A stretch of 43,321 nt of DNA from NCBI RefSeq assembly GCF_035564935.1, contig NZ_DATMTE010000013.1, positions 1-43,321 on the forward strand. Direction: 5' to 3'. The notes beneath the pieces are model-generated. The model worked only from the letters and a program-made list of their open reading frames with translations, made no database searches and had not been told where the DNA came from. Shown one piece after another: positions 7,579 to 15,217 of this stretch (positions are counted from its first letter, which is position 1; every line of letters begins with the position of its first letter). The DNA comes from Chitinophaga sp. (lineage in GTDB: Bacteria; Bacteroidota; Bacteroidia; Chitinophagales; Chitinophagaceae). The translations under genes and the position numbers were made by a program.

Positions 7579-10500
7579 CTAAATGAGAATCCCGCTTTCC
7601 TCGCCTGTAGCGAGAACAGCTCTTGATCTGATGAATGATGCAATATGCTGTATAGTGGGGTTTCTGAATATTTCCGTTATTGAAATGCGGATATTAAAAC
7701 GCAAATGAACTTTATCTCCCATCAGCATCACCGTTAGTGAATTGCCGCCCAACCGAAAAAAACTGCTGTTTATTCCAATCTTACCTTTATCGGTTTGTAA
7801 TACTTCGGCCCATATTTCAGCCAACAGGTCTTCTACCTCATTCCGGGGAACTATTAAGGATTCCTCCTCCACCCATTTTTCATAATGTTGTCTGTTAACC
7901 TGGTCTGCCAGTTCCACTGCGCCATTTGCCAGTTTTTTGCCGGTACAACCAGTCCTGTACATTCCTTTGCTGCCAATGCATATTTCCCCGGTGATACCCA
8001 TGGGCAGTTGCTGACCGTTGGCGTCCGTTATGAAAACGGATGGATATTCAGGTACCGGATCACCGGGCTGCCAGGTAACTGCCAATCCTGTGTGGGGTTC
8101 TTCTTTTATCCAATCCCACAGCGGCCTGCAAACCAGGTCCGTTCCTATGGATACAGCCGGATCATCTAAAATATTAGCGCCTATGATCCATTTCACCCCG
8201 TTGTTCTTCAATACAGCAGTTAACTGTGTTGCCGCTGTATCCGGATCCAGTGGCAGGTATGCGGCGCCTGCCTTCAGGATACCCATTACAGCGATGATCA
8301 TGTTTGCCGATTGATCAGCCATTACCCCCACCACGGCTTCCTTTTCCAGGCCGTTTCTGTGCAATACTGTTGCCAGGCGGTTTGCCTGGCGGTTAACTTC
8401 ACCACAGGAAAATGTGTTTCCTTTACTGATTAATGCAACACTGTCAGGCGTCCGCGCTTCCTGCCGTTCAACCAGATCTGCGAAATCTATTTCCCTGCCA
8501 ACATCTGTAATGAAGTAACCAATAACACGTTCCCATGCGCTGCAGATGGTTTGTTGCACCGAAGCAATAAAATCACTGTAGTATAACAATTCCAACTCGT
8601 AGGTACCTGCTACTTTGCTAACATTAAAAGTCAGCTTATAATTAGTTACCGACCAGTCTTCCAGCGCCGCATCTTCCCGGTGATACCTGTCAAGCCCCGT
8701 TGCTGAATCATAAACATGGAAGTCCATGTAATTAAATATGATATCGAATAAGGGCGTTTCATCCGGTAGCGAATTACCCGGCAAACCGGATATTTCTGCC
8801 AGTGTACTATGTTTATACAGTTGTACTCCTTTCATTTTCGCAGTAACCTGTCGGACGAGATCCCTGTAGGTATCCCCTGGCGCCATGATATAACGGACCG
8901 GCAGCGTATTCAGAAAACATCCCAGTACTTTATCACCGTCTTCCGTTTCAGGGCGATTATTTAATACCATCCCGATGGTCACCTCCCGCTCATGCGTCAG
9001 TATTTTCATCGTTTGTAAACAGGCGGCCATCAGCAGGGTCCGTACATCACTATCAAGTTGTACCGCACAGGCATCCAGCCCTTGCCCCCATACCAATGGC
9101 AACCTGAATTTCATAGAAGTAACGCTTGTAGCCGGGCCGGTATCTGCAGGCAACAGCAACGGTTTCAGTCCACGCAGTTCCTTTTCCCAGAAAAGCCTGT
9201 TGTTCGCATTACCCTTGCCAGCGTATTCCTGTACCACATAATCCCTGTAAGTTATTTTTAGCAGAGATGGCTTATAGGTATTATCTTCATACAAACGGAG
9301 ATAGATATTATGCAATTCAGTTTTAAAGGAAGCATCGCTCCAGCCGTCAATAATTGCATGATATACCACCCATACCATGATGATCTCATCTTTTCTGAGG
9401 GAGAAAATATTTAATCGCCATAAAGGTGCGCTGGTAATATCAAAAGGATTCCTTCTGTCTTCAGCCAGGAAGTTCTGTATACGTGTACCCGCGTCCTGTT
9501 CCTGTTCTCCGGAAAGATCAACATACAGCAGCGCCGGTGTTATTTCCTTATAAACAATCTGTACCGGCATGGCATATGTATGGAGATCAAAACCTGTTCT
9601 CAGGATGGGGTGTTTTTCAATCATCAGTAGCAGGGCCTGCCTGAACCGGGGGAAATTAAAGTCAGGATACTGTAGCCGGTGTATCATCTGGTCGTGGTAC
9701 AATGCAAGGTTGTCTGCACTTCTCGAATGATAGATCATTCCGAGTTGTATATCACTGAGCGGAAAAGCATCGTCAACCTTATCCGGCGATGGTATCTGTT
9801 GCAGTACCGTATCGGCTATTCTTGTAAAATCCGCTTTCACACGGTCAATAACATCATTGCCGGCATCTTCCTTCTTTCTGTGCATACAAGCCAGTAACTG
9901 CCTCACCGTAGGATGCGTGAGCAGATCGCTGACCGTTAGTTTTACACCGGCTGTTTTGTTGAGTGTAGCTATCATTCTGATAGCTTTGATAGAATCGCCG
10001 CCAGACAGATAAAAATCTGATGTTACCTGAATATCCGGCTTTTTCAGGATATCCCGCCAGATGTCCAGCAGACGGGTTTCTTCTTCACTAACGGGTGTTC
10101 TTCCCGGTTCTTCCGGAGAAGCCCTGTAGGCAGGAAGCGAAGCTTTGTCCAGCTTACCGCCCGCCGTAAGCGGAATGGCGTCAATGCGGATAAAGAACGA
10201 TGGCAACATATATACCGGTAACCGCTTCAGGCAATAGTCCCTCAAGGCTGTTTCCTCAATAGCTTCCGCTGAAATATAATAACATGCCAGGGTGCCGGCC
10301 CCATCTTTCTCCTGCTGAAAAACAACCTGCGCTTCCATTATTCCTTCAAAACCCAATAACTGCCGTTTAATTTCATCGGGTTCAACCCGGTAGCCATTTA
10401 TTTTTACCTGTTCGTCTATCCTCCCCAGGTAATGAATATTCATTTGAGGCGACATGACCGCCAGATCACCTGTTTTGTACAACAATCCTCCATTCCGGAA

Positions 10501-12441
10501 GGGATCTGTCAGAAAGCGGGCAGCGGTAAGCGCTGTCTGATGATAATATCCCGGTGCTACACTGCTGCCGCCGATATATAACTCGCCGGGAAACCCTACT
10601 GGTTGAGGCCTCATTTGTTCATCCAGTATATAAATACCCGTATTACTGACAGGCTTTCCGATGGGAACAGACAAACCGTAGTCACTGCTGAGGTCTACGC
10701 GGTGAATCATACATCCCACCGTAGCTTCAGTAGGACCATATTCATTGTATATGTCTACCTTTCCTCCAAACAGCTCAGCTATTTTTTGAGCGATCTCGCA
10801 GGTAAGGTTTTCTCCACCAACGATCAGTGTCTTTAATCGCAACGGACCTATGGCAGCCAGCTGATCCCTGCTTATCAGTTGTATCAGCAGCCGCAGATGA
10901 GAAGGCGTTACTTTCAATATGTCCGTTTTGTTGTCCATCACAATGGCGCCAACGGCAAAGTCATTCTCCCCCTCCTGGTAAAGCACCATTTTTCCCCCTG
11001 CTGTCAGCGGTAAGAAAAGTGAGGTGATGGACATATCAAATGCGATGTTTGAATGCAGCGCGATACTTGTTGCATTGGCTGTTATATAAGCCTGCTCTGC
11101 CCAGTGCAGGTAATTCATCAGGTTACCATGAGTTATCTGCACCCCTTTGGGTTTTCCCGTGGTTCCGGATGTATAAATGATATATACAACATCCGACAAC
11201 AATGGCGGCGACGCCGGCATTGCCTTCAGCGGAACTTCCGGCAGGTGACTGTTTACTGGTATTCCTTTCCCGTTGCAAAACGGGGTAATCCCTGGTTTCC
11301 GTTCAAGGTAATAGGAATCCGCTATCAGCATGCCTGCTTCGGTGTCGGAGAGAATGTACTGTATTCTTTCTTCGGGATCTTCCACGTTCAGGGGAACATA
11401 GATATGCCCCGATTTTATTATGCCTGTTATCCAAACCAAGAGGTCTGTATTGCGGCGATGCAGTACGCAGATCTTTGCTTTGCCGGAAATGCGGCTTCGC
11501 AGATCATGCATAACGGCGTCTGACCTTTTATCCAGTTCTGCGAAAGTGAGCTGCAACGCCCCCTGTTCCAGTGCAATCTGCCCGGGTTTTCGTTGCACAT
11601 TGTCCCGGAAGGCATCACAAAATGAGCCCCGGGCCGGCAAGCCGGTATCCGTTGCATTAAATGTATTCACAACTGCGTTCTCTTCTTCCGCCAACATATA
11701 GCTGTGATGTTGCAGCATCATATCGGGGGCGCCGATAACCTGGTTAAAGAAAACATCTATCCGCCTCACTACATTCTCTACAGCCAGTTCACTATATAAG
11801 CTGCTGTTGTAATGCACTTCCACGGTAATATCCTGTTCGGCGCGGGAAAAGAAAATATTGAAATTCACTTTGGTATCTTCCGCCGGCTTTCGTTTCTGTA
11901 CATTTTCCAATGTCAGTGAAATATCAAATAACTTCAGTTCTTCTTCTTCAAAAATCCTGTGTCCCAGTTCCTCTCTTAATACAGATAACGGATAAGTGGC
12001 ATGTTCGTTAATTTCCCTGACCACGTCCCGGATTTTATTCAGCAAATCCCGGCCGGTGATGTTGTCCTGATGATCATACATCAATACCAGCATCTGGTTG
12101 AATACGTCATCTTCTTTCAGATTACCGAGAACAGGAGTGCCGACTGACACCGTCTGTTGCCTTGTAATCCTGCTGATCGTATAACATACAGCAGCGCAAA
12201 CAGCCACATAAAGCCTGATATCCTCACCACGGGTAAATTCCCACAACAGGCTGCCCGATGCATGGGACAGGGAGGTACGGAAGGTTTTGAAGCAGGAAGT
12301 ATTCTCATGCCGGATATTATCAAAAGGAAAACAAGACAGCTCAACACCATGGGAAAGCGTTGCCCGCCAGAAAGCATCTTCTTTCTTCCTTTGGTGAGCC
12401 AGAACAACCAGGTCACTCTTCAGGTTAAAATCTGTCGGCAT
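7579..12441 (-). CDS. NRPS: partial C (interface-like), A (Asn predicted), T, C, degenerate A, T
   Basis: A1 motifs YTSGTTGKPKG and NEYGPTEATVG, code about DMTKIGEVGK (Asn-type); T1 GGDSI; C FPLSDIQLGM and YHAIIDGWS; second A reduced to about 200 aa; T2 LGGNSL; C-terminus EESGILI. Confidence 0.93.
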   Translation of the reverse strand: MPTDFNLKSDLVVLAHQRKKEDAFWRATLSHGVELSCFPFDNIRHENTSCFKTFRTSLSHASGSLLWEFTRGEDIRLYVAVCAAVCYTISRITRQQTVSVGTPVLGNLKEDDVFNQMLVLMYDHQDNITGRDLLNKIRDVVREINEHATYPLSVLREELGHRIFEEEELKLFDISLTLENVQKRKPAEDTKVNFNIFFSRAEQDITVEVHYNSSLYSELAVENVVRRIDVFFNQVIGAPDMMLQHHSYMLAEEENAVVNTFNATDTGLPARGSFCDAFRDNVQRKPGQIALEQGALQLTFAELDKRSDAVMHDLRSRISGKAKICVLHRRNTDLLVWITGIIKSGHIYVPLNVEDPEERIQYILSDTEAGMLIADSYYLERKPGITPFCNGKGIPVNSHLPEVPLKAMPASPPLLSDVVYIIYTSGTTGKPKGVQITHGNLMNYLHWAEQAYITANATSIALHSNIAFDMSITSLFLPLTAGGKMVLYQEGENDFAVGAIVMDNKTDILKVTPSHLRLLIQLISRDQLAAIGPLRLKTLIVGGENLTCEIAQKIAELFGGKVDIYNEYGPTEATVGCMIHRVDLSSDYGLSVPIGKPVSNTGIYILDEQMRPQPVGFPGELYIGGSSVAPGYYHQTALTAARFLTDPFRNGGLLYKTGDLAVMSPQMNIHYLGRIDEQVKINGYRVEPDEIKRQLLGFEGIMEAQVVFQQEKDGAGTLACYYISAEAIEETALRDYCLKRLPVYMLPSFFIRIDAIPLTAGGKLDKASLPAYRASPEEPGRTPVSEEETRLLDIWRDILKKPDIQVTSDFYLSGGDSIKAIRMIATLNKTAGVKLTVSDLLTHPTVRQLLACMHRKKEDAGNDVIDRVKADFTRIADTVLQQIPSPDKVDDAFPLSDIQLGMIYHSRSADNLALYHDQMIHRLQYPDFNFPRFRQALLLMIEKHPILRTGFDLHTYAMPVQIVYKEITPALLYVDLSGEQEQDAGTRIQNFLAEDRRNPFDITSAPLWRLNIFSLRKDEIIMVWVVYHAIIDGWSDASFKTELHNIYLRLYEDNTYKPSLLKITYRDYVVQEYAGKGNANNRLFWEKELRGLKPLLLPADTGPATSVTSMKFRLPLVWGQGLDACAVQLDSDVRTLLMAACLQTMKILTHEREVTIGMVLNNRPETEDGDKVLGCFLNTLPVRYIMAPGDTYRDLVRQVTAKMKGVQLYKHSTLAEISGLPGNSLPDETPLFDIIFNYMDFHVYDSATGLDRYHREDAALEDWSVTNYKLTFNVSKVAGTYELELLYYSDFIASVQQTICSAWERVIGYFITDVGREIDFADLVERQEARTPDSVALISKGNTFSCGEVNRQANRLATVLHRNGLEKEAVVGVMADQSANMIIAVMGILKAGAAYLPLDPDTAATQLTAVLKNNGVKWIIGANILDDPAVSIGTDLVCRPLWDWIKEEPHTGLAVTWQPGDPVPEYPSVFITDANGQQLPMGITGEICIGSKGMYRTGCTGKKLANGAVELADQVNRQHYEKWVEEESLIVPRNEVEDLLAEIWAEVLQTDKGKIGINSSFFRLGGNSLTVMLMGDKVHLRFNIRISITEIFRNPTIQHIASFIRSRAVLATGEESGILI

Positions 12442-12537
12442 AAACGTTGATTTTAGGAGTAAACAATAGAACAGGATGGGATCACATAACTAATCCTGCT
12501 TTTCAGCCGCCGGCTGATTATAAATATAGATGTGGTA

Positions 12538-13734
12538 TTATTCCACATGTATGGGTGCTGACCAGTCAAAATTCCTGAAAACCGTTCCCTGACCAAACAT
12601 CCCATTATTTACGGCTGTTACTTTTTCATCGATATTGGTAATCATAATGAGCCGGTTATTATAGTCCATTTCGAAATACAATATCAGGTGAAACAACGCT
12701 TCATTTGTTACCGGGAACAACACTGTACAGCCTGCGCCGTCGATATCTCCACTGAGGCTTTCCCCGTTCTTTTTCAGCCTGCTGTTCGTTGATAAGCCTT
12801 CCGTATCCATCAGCACCACATCGTCATCCGTTTCTTTCCACATGCCTTCCTGCCAGAAAGTGCCAGCCAGCTCATGACTGTACTGATGCCGCCGCTCATC
12901 AAAAGCAAGCGCAAACACCTCGTCATTTGCAGCCTTTATCAGGTTATTTACAATCACTCCTTTTCTATAGGTGCAGTCCCGGAAAAGGATCAATACCAAT
13001 ACCTCTTCTTCTGTTTCAGGTGATGTGCTGTCTGTGTATATGGCCGTTACTTTACCAGACAACTGCCTTACATCATATTTCTCCTTATGATCCATCGCCT
13101 GCAGGAAGGCTTTGCAGGTTAAAGACCGCTTTTCAAGTCCGGCGTTTTGCAAGCGGTTGTTAAAATCAGCATCTTCCCATCCATACACTTTCATCCTTTC
13201 ATCAAATCCGCCGATTTGAAGGAAATCAGACTTGCGTACACAAATAACCCCCGCAGTTCCACTGTCAAACCCGAACCTTGGAGAAGGGAACAGATACAGG
13301 TTTTTATGCTCCCGGAATACATGGTTAATATGCCAGGCCAGACCGGCGCCGATAAAAGTATCAGCGTTAATGTTGCACACAATGTCACCGGAAGCCAGTT
13401 TAAACGCAAGATTTTTAGAATGGCTGTGGCTGAATACTTCCGGCTGAAAGGTTTTATAATAAACTACTTTTCCATTTTTCAGGCATGGCAATAGTTTTCT
13501 TTTCGCCCATTTGTCCATTCCATCGCGGGAGTTGTAATCCAGCAACAGCACATCAATATTTTTCCATGAGTGAATCTTCCGGAGATTCTTCCAAAAAGTT
13601 TTTTTAAGATGGAACAGCCGCTCTTTGCAGATAATACACAGGGTAATACGGAGTTGTTCCCGGTGATGGCAGGTATATGTCCCCCATCTTCTGTTAAAAA
13701 GATGCTTTTCAATAAACCGGTAGCTTTTTTTCAT
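12538..13734 (-). CDS. Glycosyltransferase (GT2 / galactosyltransferase GT7-C-like) with an unassigned C-terminal extension
   Basis: LLDYNSRD, SHSKNLAF, NINAD (DxD-like), GGFDERMKVYGWEDADF; the last ~180 aa are not recognised. Confidence 0.82.
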   Translation of the reverse strand: MKKSYRFIEKHLFNRRWGTYTCHHREQLRITLCIICKERLFHLKKTFWKNLRKIHSWKNIDVLLLDYNSRDGMDKWAKRKLLPCLKNGKVVYYKTFQPEVFSHSHSKNLAFKLASGDIVCNINADTFIGAGLAWHINHVFREHKNLYLFPSPRFGFDSGTAGVICVRKSDFLQIGGFDERMKVYGWEDADFNNRLQNAGLEKRSLTCKAFLQAMDHKEKYDVRQLSGKVTAIYTDSTSPETEEEVLVLILFRDCTYRKGVIVNNLIKAANDEVFALAFDERRHQYSHELAGTFWQEGMWKETDDDVVLMDTEGLSTNSRLKKNGESLSGDIDGAGCTVLFPVTNEALFHLILYFEMDYNNRLIMITNIDEKVTAVNNGMFGQGTVFRNFDWSAPIHVE

Positions 13735-13755
13735 ATAATTATGTTAGCCGGTCAG

Positions 13756-15153
13756 TCATACAGTTTCCCGCAGTTCACCCGTTATCCGGCTTACCGGCCA
13801 TGTGGGGTATTCACACATTAACCGTAATACTGCCAGGTGTTTTTCGGCGAAGCGTTCCACTGTGCTGGCCGTGTATAGATTAAGGTTATACTTCCAGCAG
13901 CACTCAATGCCGTCGGCAAATTCTGCAGCGAAATAGGAAAGCGCGTAGTATTCCAGTCCATCAAGCGGTTGGTGTACTTTTTCCCGTACTGGTCCGATGT
14001 TGCGGTCGCCAATAATTTTGTTACTCTTGAAATTCAGATAAATATCAGAGAATACCCTCACCTTGCCGCCGTCCTGGCCTACCAGGTGATGGTCGTAAAT
14101 CACATGTCTCACGGATTCCAGAAATTCAACCTGTGCATTCATCACAGATTCGCTGACTGATTGTCTCTGGTCAACAGGATTGCCCAGGTATATTCCACCT
14201 CCCAGGTAACCGATAATGTTTTCGAATCCGGGGGAATACCGCCCGGAAACAGGCATGGCGATCAGCATACGTTCCCTGTCAATTTCGGAAAGCAACAGCA
14301 ATCGCAAACTGACAATGATCACTGCACCGAGTCCGACTTTATTGACCATTGCCAACGCAGACATCCTTTCATATAATTCCGGTTCAATATCGCAGATGTA
14401 ACAGGCTGCTTCTTCCCTGTTCAGGAAAGCTGTCACTTCTTTGTCGGTCAGAAGCGGCGATGGCGTTACCGGGTGATCATCTTCCGGTACACTGTTCATT
14501 AAATCGAAGAGTTTGGGCACCTGGCTGCGGTCCATAAACCAGGATAGTTTATTATGCCAATAGGCAGTAAGCTCCCCTTTCCGGGTAGCCATCCATTCCT
14601 TTTGCCACTCCACGTAATGCCGGAGCTGGGCGGGCGCCGGGCTATCATCTACAGGTTCTTTGTTTAATATTGACCAATACAAATTATTCACGTCCCTCAG
14701 CATTACTGATAGTGACCAGCCATCTGATATCAGGTGGTGGATCAGTAAAGTAAGGCAATAGGTATCTTTACCGGTTTTGAGCACATAACAGCACCATAAA
14801 GGCGGCGTATGCGCAGGTTTTAACCTGACGCGCCACTCATTTTCCTTTTGTTTCATGGAGGCCTCCATATCCGGCGCATCGCTGATATCATAGTAATAAA
14901 AAGGGACCTGCTGCGCATCATAGGGGAGCACATATTGTTTCAGGCCATCGTCTGTCAGCGTGAAAGCTGTCCGCAGGCTATCATGTTTTCCTGCCATTAC
15001 TGCAATAGCCTGCCGTACAACAGGTATCTCGAGGTTTTCTGTATCAACGTTGATCATCAGGATCTGATGCTGTACCAGGTCATCCAGGCCGGCATGATAG
15101 TGATAGCATTGTACCTGTTCTAATGTTGCATCATAGATTGTTTGCATAGCCAT
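13756..15153 (-). CDS. Stand-alone condensation-domain protein
   Basis: KHDSLRTAF, intact HHLISDGWS active site, YWHNKL, PVSGR, KYNLNLY; 465 aa, with no A or T domain. Confidence 0.9.
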   Translation of the reverse strand: MAMQTIYDATLEQVQCYHYHAGLDDLVQHQILMINVDTENLEIPVVRQAIAVMAGKHDSLRTAFTLTDDGLKQYVLPYDAQQVPFYYYDISDAPDMEASMKQKENEWRVRLKPAHTPPLWCCYVLKTGKDTYCLTLLIHHLISDGWSLSVMLRDVNNLYWSILNKEPVDDSPAPAQLRHYVEWQKEWMATRKGELTAYWHNKLSWFMDRSQVPKLFDLMNSVPEDDHPVTPSPLLTDKEVTAFLNREEAACYICDIEPELYERMSALAMVNKVGLGAVIIVSLRLLLLSEIDRERMLIAMPVSGRYSPGFENIIGYLGGGIYLGNPVDQRQSVSESVMNAQVEFLESVRHVIYDHHLVGQDGGKVRVFSDIYLNFKSNKIIGDRNIGPVREKVHQPLDGLEYYALSYFAAEFADGIECCWKYNLNLYTASTVERFAEKHLAVLRLMCEYPTWPVSRITGELRETV

Positions 15154-15217
15154 ATGTACTTTCTTTAAATGGGGAATAACTATTCGGCACGGAGGAAATT
15201 AACCGGCTTTTCGCGCA

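Noticed and set aside
12472-12517. Two small hairpins (caggat/atcctg and tcagcc/ggctga) in the GT-NRPS spacer
   Set aside because: 6-bp stems with no poly-U on the coding strand; could affect mRNA stability but there is no support.
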